From an uncultured Gammaproteobacteria bacterium (lineage in GTDB: Bacteria > Patescibacteriota > Microgenomatia > Daviesbacterales > UBA10151), in the NCBI GenBank assembly GCA_964547465.1, contig CAZJNI010000006.1:2505-66504 (forward strand): a DNA stretch of 64,000 nucleotides. Reading direction: 5' to 3'. Position 1 is the stretch's first letter. The number at the start of each line of letters is the position of its first letter. Both the position numbers and the translations under genes were made by a program. The notes beneath the pieces were generated by a model that ran no database searches, was not told where the DNA came from, and saw only the letters and a list, made by a program, of their open reading frames with translations. Positions 26,992-37,187 of this stretch are shown piece after piece.

Positions 26992-27909
26992 TCAATTTAG
27001 GGCTTTTTTGGATTTTAGGAAGAAATAACTTACAATTATAGCTGTTGCAACAGGGGATAGCCACTGTGGAATATGTAATCCAAAACTATCCAGCAGCATA
27101 ATTGTTCCCAATACCAACACTGAATACATGGCCCCGTTTTTTAAGAAAACATATTTTTTGATCCTGTCTATGTTGTGGATAGTGAGCTCCCTTACTACAA
27201 AAGCACCAACTCCATTTCCCAGCAAAATCAGAGGTACTGATAGGGTAAAAGCAAAGGCTCCAATCACCCCGTCTATCGAGAAAGTAGCATCAATTACCTC
27301 CAGATAAAAGATCTTGCTTAAATCAGACCTGGTGCTTTTTAAAAGTTTTTCCTCACTTTTTTGAGCATTCTCTTTAAATCCATGGGTAATAAAAAAAGCA
27401 GTTGATCCTACCACTGCCCCAAAAGCCATCAGGGGATTTTGCTGAATGGAAAACCAAACCACCAATGCCAAAATTATAGAAACTACAGCATAAAACCAAA
27501 CACCTTGCGAGAAAAAGAAGTGTTCACCTTTAAGCCCAAATTTTTTGGGTTCTAAAAACAGCCAGTGGAAAAACAAAAATATTAAAAAAATCCCTCCTCC
27601 TGACAGTAAAATAGGGGCTGATGCCTCTATCGCCTCAACTACCGATGTGTCAGATGAAAATGAGGCTGTCAGGGCTCCTAGCGGCCCCAAAGCAGGGTTG
27701 GTTGCCCAGACTATGGCCCAAGGCAGAGCACCCCGCAGTAGGAAAACTGCAATGAGCAGTCCCCAAAGTAAAAACCATTTTCTGGCACGCTGCCCCATGG
27801 TGGATAAAACCTGGGCATTTATAATGGCGTTATCAACAGATGATACTGTTTCAAATAAAATCAAACCTGAAATAATCAAAAGGATTGATAAAATCTCCAT
27901 ATTCTGCAA
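26992..27909 (-). CDS. TerC/DUF475-family integral membrane protein
   Basis: N-terminus LFETVSSVDNAIINAQVL resembles the TerC/DUF475 E..LS.DN motif. Confidence 0.5.
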   Translation of the reverse strand: MQNMEILSILLIISGLILFETVSSVDNAIINAQVLSTMGQRARKWFLLWGLLIAVFLLRGALPWAIVWATNPALGPLGALTASFSSDTSVVEAIEASAPILLSGGGIFLIFLFFHWLFLEPKKFGLKGEHFFFSQGVWFYAVVSIILALVVWFSIQQNPLMAFGAVVGSTAFFITHGFKENAQKSEEKLLKSTRSDLSKIFYLEVIDATFSIDGVIGAFAFTLSVPLILLGNGVGAFVVRELTIHNIDRIKKYVFLKNGAMYSVLVLGTIMLLDSFGLHIPQWLSPVATAIIVSYFFLKSKKALN

Positions 27910-27924
27910 TTATATTAAATCATT

Positions 27925-29238
27925 ATGAAAATAAAAGACAGACTTACAAAAATTTCCCCGGGGCCAATTTTGTTTTTTATCGTAATTTTTGCGCTGGGAG
28001 TAGGCTTTGGGTATTCATATGTTTCAAAAATTTCTCCAAGCACACAAAAAGTGACTGCGGAGAAGAACACACCAAAGGCTTTTCTGGAAGAATCTTATGA
28101 CAAGATAAAAGATAACTTCTGGGATAATATTTCAGATGGACAACTAATTGATCTTTTCAGGCTGGCTGCAGAGAGAAACGGTTCAAAGCCTCTACCTATA
28201 AAGATAGAAAATAAAAATGAACTCATAACAGCTTTAATTTCAACCCAAAACGACCTTTCTGCTGATCTTAAACCTAAGTTCATTCCAACTGTTTTAGGAA
28301 CAGTTTTAGCCTCTTTAAATCCTGCCGGCAGATCCGGCCTTTTTACAACCAAACAGGAGGAGCAGCTTAAAAATACAGTGGATAATGTCAATCCGGAGAA
28401 GGATTTGTATAAAGATTTAGGAGTTTCAAAAGGCGCATCAGAAGCTGCCGTGGCAGATGCATTTCAGAAACAGGAAGCAGAGTTAAAAAGTAAAAATACT
28501 CCGGAAGCAGCCCAAAAGCTTAAGGAAATTGCCTATGCCAAAGATGTCTTAACCAAAAAAGATACCAAAGCCAGATATGACAGTGCACAAGTGGAACCCA
28601 CTATTTTTACAAAAGTAGTCTCATCAGGCATACTTTATCTGCAGTTTAAAAAATTCTCTCCTACATCTTTGGATGAGTTTGTCAAAGCTTTTGATTCATA
28701 CACAGACAACTCGTCACTTTCCGGCCTGATTTTTGATTTAAGAGGCAATATCGGAGGGGCAATTGATGCAACTGCCTACTTTTTAGGCTACTTTTTGGGA
28801 AAAGGCCAGTATGCTTTTGATTTTTATCACAAAGGGGAATACCTACCGTTTAAAACAGCCACAGATAAACTGCCCAGTATTTCCAAATATAAACAAATTG
28901 TTATCCTGGTTGATAATCAAACCCAATCTTCAGCAGAAATGATGGCGGCCAGTTTTAAAAAATATCATGTGGGAATAGTAGTAGGGGTTCCTACCAAGGG
29001 ATGGGGGACAGTGGAGCGGGTTTTTGCGCTGGATAATCAAATAGATCCAAAAGAGAAATACTCAATATTTTTGGTTCATTCCATAACTTTAAGGGATGAT
29101 AATCAGCCAATTGAGGGAAGAGGTGTTGATCCTGATATAAACATTACAAATGCCAATTGGGAGGATCAATTATTTTCATATGTCAGGAATAATCAATTAA
29201 TTGAGGCTGTGAAAAATATTCTAGCCATCCCACTTTAA
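27925..29238 (+). CDS. S41-family (C-terminal processing) peptidase with N-terminal TM anchor
   Basis: DLRGNIGGAIDATAYF (S41 DLRxNxGG block) and QSSAEMMAASFK; contains a J-domain-like stretch KDLYKDLGVSKGASEAA without HPD. Confidence 0.6.
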   Translation: MKIKDRLTKISPGPILFFIVIFALGVGFGYSYVSKISPSTQKVTAEKNTPKAFLEESYDKIKDNFWDNISDGQLIDLFRLAAERNGSKPLPIKIENKNELITALISTQNDLSADLKPKFIPTVLGTVLASLNPAGRSGLFTTKQEEQLKNTVDNVNPEKDLYKDLGVSKGASEAAVADAFQKQEAELKSKNTPEAAQKLKEIAYAKDVLTKKDTKARYDSAQVEPTIFTKVVSSGILYLQFKKFSPTSLDEFVKAFDSYTDNSSLSGLIFDLRGNIGGAIDATAYFLGYFLGKGQYAFDFYHKGEYLPFKTATDKLPSISKYKQIVILVDNQTQSSAEMMAASFKKYHVGIVVGVPTKGWGTVERVFALDNQIDPKEKYSIFLVHSITLRDDNQPIEGRGVDPDINITNANWEDQLFSYVRNNQLIEAVKNILAIPL

Positions 29239-29270
29239 TTTCCCATCAAATTAGCGTATAATTAACAGTC

Positions 29271-31094
29271 ATGAAAAATATAAGCACGACTCCGCGAGTA
29301 AGAAATGTTGCAATAATTGCCCATGTTGATCATGGTAAAACCACTCTGGTAGATGCCATGCTTAGGCAAACTATGGTCAAAATCTCCAAAGAAACAGCTG
29401 AAAAGGGAGATTTAATCATGGATTCAAATGACCTGGAGCGGGAAAGAGGGATTACAATTTTTTCCAAAAATGCTTCTGTTCATTACAAAGATACCAAAAT
29501 AAATATCATAGATACCCCGGGCCATGCTGATTTTGGAGGGGAAGTTGAAAGGGTTTTAAAAATGGCAGATGGGGCGCTACTTTTAATTGATGCCAAAGAA
29601 GGACCAATGCCTCAAACCAGGTTTGTTTTGAAAAAAGCTTTGGAACTCGGTCATAAAGTCATTGTTGTTATAAACAAAATAGATAAGAAAGATGCCAGGA
29701 TTGAATATGTGATTAATAAAACCTTTGATTTATTTTTGGAGCTGGGTGCAGATGAAGAAACTGCTTACTTTCCTACCATTTATGCCTCCGGAAAGCAGGG
29801 AAAAGCAGGATTGGCAGCTGATCTTTCTAAAATGAGCGATATTTCCCCGGTTTTTGATGCTATTTTAAAATATATACCGGCTCCTTTGGCAGAAGATGAT
29901 AAACCGCTGCAAATTCTAATCACTAATACAGCCTATGATAATTTTAAAGGCCGGATGGCCACAGGTAGGGTTTATGCCGGAGTAGTTAAAGCAAGTCAAG
30001 AAATAGCCCATATTAACCGTGAAGGGGAGATAAAAAAATTCAAACTGACTTCCCTGATGGGATTTGAGGGACTTGAAAGAGTGGATATTGCGGAGGCTCA
30101 TGCCGGGGATATTATTGCTCTTTCAGGTATTCCGGATATAACTATTGGGGAAACAATTGCAGATCCGGGGAGCCCTGTTGCCTTACCTGTTCTGGAAATT
30201 GAGCCATCTACAGTCAGGATGAGGTTTGGAGTTAATTCTTCACCCCTTGCAGGCCGTGAGGGAGAGTTTAAAACAGCCAGACAAATTCAGGAAAGATTAC
30301 TTAAGGCGGCTGAATCTGACGTGGCGCTAAAAGTAGAATCCACAGGTAGCGAATGGATTGTGTCAGGCAGGGGTGAGCTCCATTTAGCCATACTTATTGA
30401 GACAATGCGGAGAGAAGGATATGAGTTCCAGGTAGGTAAACCACAGGTTATTGAAAAAATCGAAAACGGGAAAACGCTGACTCCGGTTGAAAAGCTGGCT
30501 TTAGAGGTACCGGAGGAGTTTTCAGGTTCAGTTATGCAGAAAATGGGGTTAAGGCATGGGGAACTGATAGATATGACAACTGACTCGCCTCGCTCCGCGG
30601 GCGGAGCGGGAAATAATATAGTTTATATGGAATTTATTATTGCCACTAAAGAGCTTTTTGGTTATAGATCTCAATTTATAACAGATACCAAAGGCTTGGG
30701 GATTATTTCTTCTTCTTTCTTAGAATATAGACTGGATTCCGGGGGAAGTTTTAAAAGAAATAACGGCTCTCTGGTAGTACATGAATCAGGCTCAACAAAG
30801 CTATATGCCCTAACAGGTGCACAGGATCGGGGGACACTTTTTGTAGGAGCCGGACTGGAGGTTTATAAAGGCCAGGTAATTGGACGAAACAGCAGAGAAG
30901 ATGATATCTGGATAAATGTTTGCAAAGAAAAACAACAGACAAATCACAGATCATCCGGTGAGGGCACTGCAGAGCATTTTAATAGTCCAAAATTGATGAG
31001 CCTGGAAAATGCCATTGAATATATTGATGACAGTGAGTTAGTAGAGGTTACTCCCAAAAATATCAGAATCCGCAAGATAGATTTGGCAGCCTAA
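29271..31094 (+). CDS. typA: Translational GTPase TypA/BipA
   Basis: NVAIIAHVDHGKTTLVDAML, DTPGHADF and NKIDK; EF-G-like domain order; 607 aa. Confidence 0.85.
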   Translation: MKNISTTPRVRNVAIIAHVDHGKTTLVDAMLRQTMVKISKETAEKGDLIMDSNDLERERGITIFSKNASVHYKDTKINIIDTPGHADFGGEVERVLKMADGALLLIDAKEGPMPQTRFVLKKALELGHKVIVVINKIDKKDARIEYVINKTFDLFLELGADEETAYFPTIYASGKQGKAGLAADLSKMSDISPVFDAILKYIPAPLAEDDKPLQILITNTAYDNFKGRMATGRVYAGVVKASQEIAHINREGEIKKFKLTSLMGFEGLERVDIAEAHAGDIIALSGIPDITIGETIADPGSPVALPVLEIEPSTVRMRFGVNSSPLAGREGEFKTARQIQERLLKAAESDVALKVESTGSEWIVSGRGELHLAILIETMRREGYEFQVGKPQVIEKIENGKTLTPVEKLALEVPEEFSGSVMQKMGLRHGELIDMTTDSPRSAGGAGNNIVYMEFIIATKELFGYRSQFITDTKGLGIISSSFLEYRLDSGGSFKRNNGSLVVHESGSTKLYALTGAQDRGTLFVGAGLEVYKGQVIGRNSREDDIWINVCKEKQQTNHRSSGEGTAEHFNSPKLMSLENAIEYIDDSELVEVTPKNIRIRKIDLAA

Positions 31095-31148
31095 GTTTAA
31101 TTTTTGTGGAATAATCTTGAAAAATAGGGTATAATATTTCAATTAAAT

Positions 31149-31436
31149 ATGGTCTCAAAGGATAATAAATTAACCAAAGAAGAACGTGAAGCAGCTGCGG
31201 CAAAAGCTCATGAAGTTTCCGAAAGATTATTTAAACTGGTGGTCAAAATAATCAGGTGGGAGACAGAATTACCTAATTCTAATTTAGGAAAACCAAAAGA
31301 AAAAATCACCCGGGATGAATGGAAAACATATGAAAAACATATCTTGAGAATTTCCACATCCGAGCGGGAAGAAAGAGTAAAAGAGAAAATAGGGGAAACC
31401 TATCAGGCCATAAAAAGCCACAGGGGCTTTCAGTAA
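31149..31436 (+). CDS. Hypothetical protein
   Basis: 95-aa charged ORF. Confidence 0.35.
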   Translation: MVSKDNKLTKEEREAAAAKAHEVSERLFKLVVKIIRWETELPNSNLGKPKEKITRDEWKTYEKHILRISTSEREERVKEKIGETYQAIKSHRGFQ

Positions 31437-31559
31437 ATTTAAAACTCAGCGTAAAACAAAACTTTAATGGCTTCAGGTATGCCATATTCTTGGATTATAT
31501 CAATGAGACTGTTTGATAATTTGACAGAATAGGATTTCAGCCTTAGAATTACCTCCATT

Positions 31560-32033
31560 ATGGCTGACACAGAAAGATTACCACTTTATACTCCCGGAAG
31601 TATTACCTGGGAAGAATATAATGAAGGCGGGAGAAATGAACAAATTTATGAACTTAATTTTATAGTACAAAAAGTAGCGGAAAAATATGGCTTGTATTTT
31701 AGAACAGTTGCAGCTTTGCATCTTGTAGATAATATACCAATCGATCACCTAAATCCTTTATTAAGCTCATTTGAAAATCTTAGGCGGTACAAGAAAAAGA
31801 ATGAATCAACAGAGGAAATAATTTATCAAGATCAAGTTTCACTTCAGGCTGTAACTGAAGTATACAGATTTTTAGATGGAGATATTGTTAAATTAAGAAC
31901 TACTACTAGCAGAGTTAAAAAGCAAGCAGAAAATACTGAACTAAGAAAAGGCTTGTATAATGACCTTTTAGCTAAAGTTGTTTTAGTAAATAACGTAATC
32001 ACAGATTCCACCCCTGGGGTGGAAATAGGATGA
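31560..32033 (+). CDS. Hypothetical protein
   Basis: 157-aa ORF. Confidence 0.35.
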   Translation: MADTERLPLYTPGSITWEEYNEGGRNEQIYELNFIVQKVAEKYGLYFRTVAALHLVDNIPIDHLNPLLSSFENLRRYKKKNESTEEIIYQDQVSLQAVTEVYRFLDGDIVKLRTTTSRVKKQAENTELRKGLYNDLLAKVVLVNNVITDSTPGVEIG

Positions 32034-32066
32034 CACCTCGGGATTTTTGACTCTTTTTGTGCCTAG

Positions 32067-32137
32067 CTGCGGGACATGGATTCGAACCATGATAGATAGC
32101 TCCAAAGGCTATCGTCCTACCATTAGACGATCCCGCA
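32067..32137 (-). tRNA. tRNA-Gln(TTG)
   Basis: TGCGGGA acceptor, anticodon loop CTTTGGA, T-arm CATGG-TTCGAAT-CCATG. Confidence 0.8.
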
Positions 32138-32173
32138 ATATTAAATATTATACCTAAGGAGGGGGAACAAAAT

Positions 32174-32437
32174 CTACCGTACTTGTCTTGAAGTAATTAC
32201 TAAAGAAGCATTTACGCAATCATCAAGCATACTTCTCTTTGACAGACTCGTATAAGGAGGGCTATCCTGTCCCACTTGTTCTCGTCTTGAAGCAATCAGC
32301 TGATTATCCGAACCAACAGTAATATGAAATTCTTGAAGATCTAGTGCATACGGACGTAGAGGACAAGTCCCAGGACAATCTTTTTTTTCTTCAAGTAGAT
32401 CATTTAGAGCGCAAGGAATTTGAACTTCTTTCCTCAT
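32174..32437 (-). CDS. Hypothetical protein
   Basis: 87-aa ORF only. Confidence 0.25.
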   Translation of the reverse strand: MRKEVQIPCALNDLLEEKKDCPGTCPLRPYALDLQEFHITVGSDNQLIASRREQVGQDSPPYTSLSKRSMLDDCVNASLVITSRQVR

Positions 32438-32457
32438 TCGGCAAGTATAACATACTC

Positions 32458-32715
32458 CTACACTAAATATACTTCAGTTCCTGGCTTGGTTGGTTTATCA
32501 ACCTTAACGCCAAAAGAATCTCCTTTTTTTACCTTTATTACACTTTCATGATCAACTTGCAGCGATTCTATTTTTTGACTAAATTCCTCATCTCCTCTTT
32601 TAAATTTCACTTCATCACCAACCTTCAGTCCACCTTTATCCAGATCTATAATTGCGACTCCTAATTTATCATAGAAATGTACAACTTTTCCCACTGGTTT
32701 ATCCAAATAAATCAC
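32458..32715 (-). CDS. Small hypothetical protein
   Basis: 85-aa lysine-rich ORF. Confidence 0.35.
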   Translation of the reverse strand: MIYLDKPVGKVVHFYDKLGVAIIDLDKGGLKVGDEVKFKRGDEEFSQKIESLQVDHESVIKVKKGDSFGVKVDKPTKPGTEVYLV

Positions 32716-32794
32716 CTCCTTTTAAACATATTATACTCTACTTGACATTTACTCCAGGGATATGTCTATGATGGATTAGAGGGGGTGATAAAAC

Positions 32795-32986
32795 TTGAAT
32801 CAAAAACAATTAGTTGGTTGGGTCCTGGCTGTTGCTGCCATTAACTGGGGCTTGGTAGGAGTATTGAATATTAATTTGGTTGAACTTATTTTAGGTTCCG
32901 GGTCAGTACTTACCAAGGTGGTTTATGGAGTAATAGGTTTGGTAGGAGTTTACAAGGTCTATTTAATGACCATGTCAAAAAAGTAA
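32795..32986 (+). CDS. DUF378-family small membrane protein
   Basis: LAVAAINWGLVGVLNINLVELILG matches the DUF378 NWGL core; SD agagggggtga upstream. Confidence 0.5.
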   Translation: MNQKQLVGWVLAVAAINWGLVGVLNINLVELILGSGSVLTKVVYGVIGLVGVYKVYLMTMSKK

Positions 32987-33014
32987 TCTGTCCACAAAGG
33001 TTTGGAAATTATTT

Positions 33015-33045
33015 AATCCCGCACTACTTTGGTGCGGGATTTTTG
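33015..33045 (+). terminator. Rho-independent terminator
   Basis: aatcccgcac-tactttg-gtgcgggatt followed by ttttg, directly after the DUF378 gene. Confidence 0.6.
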
Positions 33046-33120
33046 TGGAGCGGCGGACCGGATTTGGACCGGCGACCTCCTACTTGGCAAGCAGGCATTC
33101 TACCACTGAACTACCGCCGC
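33046..33120 (-). tRNA. tRNA-Gly(GCC), CCA encoded
   Basis: GCGGCGG acceptor, anticodon loop TTGCCAA, T-loop TCCAAAT, 3' CCGCCGC-T-CCA. Confidence 0.8.
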
Positions 33121-33126
33121 AAAAAG

Positions 33127-33199
33127 TGCCGAAGCGGTGAATCGGACACCGATAACGTGTTCTTCAGACACGCGCCTTGACCACATTGGCAACTTCGGC
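33127..33199 (-). tRNA. tRNA-Phe(GAA)
   Basis: GCCGAAG acceptor, anticodon loop CTGAAGA, T-arm CGGTG-TCCGATT-CACCG; 73 nt. Confidence 0.75.
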
Positions 33200-33258
33200 A
33201 AACATGCTAGATTCTACGTTTTTTGACAAAAAAAGGCAAGGTTCCACCTTATAAATTC

Positions 33259-34362
33259 CTATCGTTGCTCTTCTTTAAATCCCTGGCCTAATAAAAACCA
33301 AAATGCCACCAGCGTAGCAACTGATGCAGGATTAAATAAAAGAACAAAAATTAATCCTAAAAGAGTTGTTATCTCCAAACTTTTTTTAGCCTTAATTAAT
33401 CCTTTTAGGCTCAAAATCACCATCAAAACTACTGCTCCCAAACCAATTATTCCACCCTGAACAAAGTAATCAAGTAAAAAATTATGGCTTGAGTCTATAT
33501 ATTGAAACCTAATATTATTATTTAGCTTTTGTGACGAATTGTATAAAGCATTATCAATATTGCCAAAACCCTTACCAAAAATCATATTTTGGGAGCCACT
33601 GAAAATAGCTGTTTTCCAAATCTCGCTTCTGTTTTCAAACCAGCCGCCACCTTCTATAAAGGGGAGAATAAGTGAGATAAAAATAAAAAGGGCTGCAACT
33701 ATTAATGCTTTTTTAAAACCAAAGTTAAATTTAACAAGCATTAAAAATATTATTTGCATACCAAATGCCAAAAAGCCGGAACGTGATCCGGATAGTAAAA
33801 TTATGGCCAAAGCCGCAAATAAAACACCTAATTTTAAAAGTTTATTTAAAAGATTATTTTTAAGTTTAAAGAAAAGAGCATATGGCCAGAAAAATATGGC
33901 AGAGGAGGCCAGGGCATTTGCCTCACCCAAAGTTCCAATAGCTCTTCCGGTTTCATCAGGTTCTACTAAAAATGAGCTTAGGAGCAAAAAACCTAAACTT
34001 ATGGGAAAAAGGATCCTTGGAAACTTATCTATATTTAGCCTGGAACTTAGCAGTGATAGGGCTATTAAATTCCAAAGTAAAAATATCCCCTGCAGCCTGA
34101 ATTGATTTCCGAAGAAAATCTGATTACTTTTAAGAAAAAATATATTAAAAATAGTTAAAGTAAATAAAACAGCAGATAAAATTAGTTGAGATTTATTTAG
34201 GGATTTAAGTAATGAAGTTTTTTTTAAAAAAGTTATTAGTAAAAGAGTCTCAATTAAAATTTCTGCAAAAATAACTTTAGGGGGTTCAAAGAAAAAATCA
34301 CTAAAAGGATTAATAATAAACGGTGTAAGAAAAATTAAACAGGATAATAAAAAATAGGACAC
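33259..34362 (-). CDS. Polytopic membrane protein, O-antigen ligase/polymerase (Wzy_C)-like
   Basis: 367 aa, about 10 TM segments with a large loop. Confidence 0.4.
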   Translation of the reverse strand: MSYFLLSCLIFLTPFIINPFSDFFFEPPKVIFAEILIETLLLITFLKKTSLLKSLNKSQLILSAVLFTLTIFNIFFLKSNQIFFGNQFRLQGIFLLWNLIALSLLSSRLNIDKFPRILFPISLGFLLLSSFLVEPDETGRAIGTLGEANALASSAIFFWPYALFFKLKNNLLNKLLKLGVLFAALAIILLSGSRSGFLAFGMQIIFLMLVKFNFGFKKALIVAALFIFISLILPFIEGGGWFENRSEIWKTAIFSGSQNMIFGKGFGNIDNALYNSSQKLNNNIRFQYIDSSHNFLLDYFVQGGIIGLGAVVLMVILSLKGLIKAKKSLEITTLLGLIFVLLFNPASVATLVAFWFLLGQGFKEEQR

Positions 34363-34384
34363 AATCTTAATATAACACTTAATA

Positions 34385-34612
34385 TTAGTTTATATTTAAG
34401 ATTCTCCCCAAACCGTTGTAAGATATTTGAGAGCTGTTATGACCTTTACCTTTAGGAGAAGTTGCAGGTTTTGGTGTGTTTTTTGGAGACGTTGCAGGCT
34501 TTTTAGCATTAGCAGTGTCAACAAAGATTACCTGTGACAGGGTAACTGCCAACATTATTACAAAGCTTAAAATAATTACTGCTTTTTTATTCATAAGTGG
34601 TAAAGTATACAT
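34385..34612 (-). CDS. Small secreted repeat protein
   Basis: Signal peptide plus KKPATSPKNTPKPATSPKGKG repeats. Confidence 0.3.
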   Translation of the reverse strand: MYTLPLMNKKAVIILSFVIMLAVTLSQVIFVDTANAKKPATSPKNTPKPATSPKGKGHNSSQISYNGLGRILNIN

Positions 34613-34648
34613 GAAAAGTATCCCTTTGTCAACTATAGGTTACCCGGG

Positions 34649-36385
34649 TTATTTTACAGTCACGCTTTTGGCCAGGTTTCTTGGTTTATCCGGATTTAGA
34701 CCTAATTTAGTGGCTAAGAAATAGCCTAAAAATTGAGCAAAAACAATATGGGGTAAAACAGATGATGCTCCCACATCTTTTACTTTAAAAAAGTAATCAA
34801 ATACCTCACCCTTTTCTACTCCAACCCCAATCACAAAAGCACCTCTGGCTTTTACTTCCTCCGCATTTGCCAAAATTGCAGATTTTGTCTCATCATTTGG
34901 TACAAAGACAATTACAGGTGTACCCTTATCAATTAAAGCAATACAGCCATGTTTTAACTCACCGGATGCAAAACCTTCCGCATGTATATATGAAGTCTCC
35001 TTAATCTTAAGAGTTGCCTCTAATGCTACTGGATAAGACAGGCCCCTTCCTAAAACAAAAATATGCTTAGACCTATATATTTTTTTAGTAAGAATTTTAA
35101 TCTCTTCCTGCCTTTTAATAATCTCTTCTATTTCTTTAGCGCTGTCTTCAACTACTTTAACTCCCAAATCTAGTTTGCCGGCAACGCCATATGCATAAAG
35201 CAGCATATTAGCCACCATAGCTATAACTGCTTTTGTTGATGCTACTGCTTTTTCAGGTCCGGCATTCAAAAGATGTTTTAAATCTACCGTTCGATAGAGT
35301 GTGGAACCTAATGTGTTTGTAAGAGCTACAATTTTTGCTCCTCTTTGTTTAGCATGAGCCACTGGTTCAACAACATCAATTGTTTCACCACTTTGTGATA
35401 CTGCTATAAGCAGGCTTTTATTAGTTAAAAAATCCTCTGTATAATTAAATTCAGAACCTATTGAAAAATTTACGTGTTTTTTGGCTATTTTCGAAAATGC
35501 ATATTCACCCAGAAGACAAGTGTATGAAGCAGAACCACAACCAATAAAATAAGTCCCATGTGCTGATTTTATCTCTTCAACTATTTTTTCCACTGAATCT
35601 AAACTTTGAATCTGGTTGTATAAAACCTTTGGCTGTTCATAAATTTCTTTAAGCATAAAGTGAGGGAATTTTTCCATATCAGCTTTGCTGTATTCCCACT
35701 CAATTAAGCTAAATTCAGCTTCTATTTCATTTAAGTCTTCTACCTCATAAAGTTTAAGCTTAGAATTTAAAACAACCATTTGGCCATCTTCTAAAAAGAT
35801 TAATTTATTAGTTAAGGGAAGCAGGGCATTTGGATCAGAAGCTACCAAAAACCCGTCACTTGTCTGTCCAACTACCAAAGGTGAACCAATCTTGCAAGCA
35901 ATAATTTCTTTGCCATCAGAAACCACAATGGCAGATAAGCCTTCTAGTTTATTAAAGACTTTTGCTACAGCCTCTCTTAAGCTACCTTTTTCCTGTTCTA
36001 TTAAATGGATAATAACTTCAGAATCTGTTTCAGACTTAAGATTATGATTTTTTAAGCTTTTTTTAAGTTCCAGATAATTTTCTACAATTCCGTTGTGAAT
36101 CAGGACTAACTTATTATCACAGCTGGAATGTGGATGTGCATTTTCTACAGTTACTCCACCATGAGTGGCCCATCTGGTATGACCAATGGAAATATTTGAG
36201 GCTGGAAACTGAAAGCTTGAAGGTAGAAAACCAATTTTCTTTTCCAATTTCCATCTTCCATCATCTACCTTCCAGTATGCTACTCCCCAGGAATCATAAC
36301 CCCTGTATTCAATATCAATAAGCCCACTAAAAACTATCTGCGGAGCATTATTTTTTTTACCAACATACCCAAAAATCCCACACAT
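34649..36385 (-). CDS. glmS: Glutamine--fructose-6-phosphate aminotransferase
   Basis: MCGIFGYVG Ntn amidotransferase start plus two SIS domains; 578 aa. Confidence 0.85.
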   Translation of the reverse strand: MCGIFGYVGKKNNAPQIVFSGLIDIEYRGYDSWGVAYWKVDDGRWKLEKKIGFLPSSFQFPASNISIGHTRWATHGGVTVENAHPHSSCDNKLVLIHNGIVENYLELKKSLKNHNLKSETDSEVIIHLIEQEKGSLREAVAKVFNKLEGLSAIVVSDGKEIIACKIGSPLVVGQTSDGFLVASDPNALLPLTNKLIFLEDGQMVVLNSKLKLYEVEDLNEIEAEFSLIEWEYSKADMEKFPHFMLKEIYEQPKVLYNQIQSLDSVEKIVEEIKSAHGTYFIGCGSASYTCLLGEYAFSKIAKKHVNFSIGSEFNYTEDFLTNKSLLIAVSQSGETIDVVEPVAHAKQRGAKIVALTNTLGSTLYRTVDLKHLLNAGPEKAVASTKAVIAMVANMLLYAYGVAGKLDLGVKVVEDSAKEIEEIIKRQEEIKILTKKIYRSKHIFVLGRGLSYPVALEATLKIKETSYIHAEGFASGELKHGCIALIDKGTPVIVFVPNDETKSAILANAEEVKARGAFVIGVGVEKGEVFDYFFKVKDVGASSVLPHIVFAQFLGYFLATKLGLNPDKPRNLAKSVTVK

Positions 36386-36400
36386 ATCCGGAAATTATAA

Positions 36401-36442
36401 CATGCTAAAGCACTCTATTGTGGACGGTGAGGGATTTGAACC
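36401..36442 (-). repeat. Partial tRNA 3'-half-like copy (T-arm + acceptor), related to the tRNA-Val(TAC) 3' half
   Basis: The reverse complement ...tgtcgggggttcaaatccctcaccgtcca is 22/27 identical to the tRNA-Val 3' half; no 5' half is present. Confidence 0.55.
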
Positions 36443-36462
36443 CCCGACATCTTAGGTGTGAA

Positions 36463-37122
36463 TTAGTAAGAATTATATACACCTTTTACCCATCCACAAA
36501 TTCTAAGGAAAAGTCCTGTGTTACATATGTATATATCAAAAGTACCATGAGGTAACGAGTCTTTTTTCTGTTTACTACCTTTATTCATCTTTCTATATGT
36601 TTTGTAAAATTGTTTTAGAGGTATTTTACTAATTGATGACCAATATTTTTCAGCTGTTTTATAATCCTGGTGAGGATGAATATGAATTTGTCCCCTAAAT
36701 TTTTCATCTGGGACTTTACATATTGCCCTAAAGAAAAACATCATTAGCCTTATCATCTCAGGATCACTATTTGTAAATTGTACTAAATTACGATGGGTTT
36801 TACTACCCTCTGCCCAATAAAGCATAGTACCTATTAACCACAATTCTTTGCTTGATAATCTTTTAACATCTTTTTTAGCCTTTTCAATGATTAATTGCTT
36901 TTTATCAAACTCATTTTTTAAACGGGTAGACCTACGTTGTTCAATTACACTTCTCAACATCCCTTTTTTAAGAATCTTTCTTTTCTGTATTTCACTTAAT
37001 GCAATACTCCTAACCCATTTACTTACTGTACTTTTAGAAACTCCCAGAGAATTTTTGATCTCTTTCAACGATAGACCTGCTTGTCGCAATCTAATTGCCT
37101 CTTGCTTTTCTTCTAACTTCAT
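36463..37122 (-). CDS. HTH-domain protein with LAGLIDADG-like degenerate motif (possible homing-endonuclease-like)
   Basis: N-terminal HTH LSLKEIKNSLGVSKSTVSKWV; WLIGTMLYWAEGSK then LVQFTNSD...MIRLMMFFFRAI resembles the I-CreI-type block (LAGFVDGDGS...LTFQVTQK...RRWFLDKLVDEI). Confidence 0.35.
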   Translation of the reverse strand: MKLEEKQEAIRLRQAGLSLKEIKNSLGVSKSTVSKWVRSIALSEIQKRKILKKGMLRSVIEQRRSTRLKNEFDKKQLIIEKAKKDVKRLSSKELWLIGTMLYWAEGSKTHRNLVQFTNSDPEMIRLMMFFFRAICKVPDEKFRGQIHIHPHQDYKTAEKYWSSISKIPLKQFYKTYRKMNKGSKQKKDSLPHGTFDIYICNTGLFLRICGWVKGVYNSY

Positions 37123-37187
37123 ATATTTATAGAACCTTTGAATATTATATTAAGTATAGTATAAAACAGAAGTTCGAAAAATAAAAG

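Noticed and set aside
36386-36462. glmS ribozyme upstream of glmS
   Set aside because: Only about 75 nt separate the glmS start from the next gene, and that sequence is a tRNA-fragment-like repeat. There is no room or motif for a glmS ribozyme.
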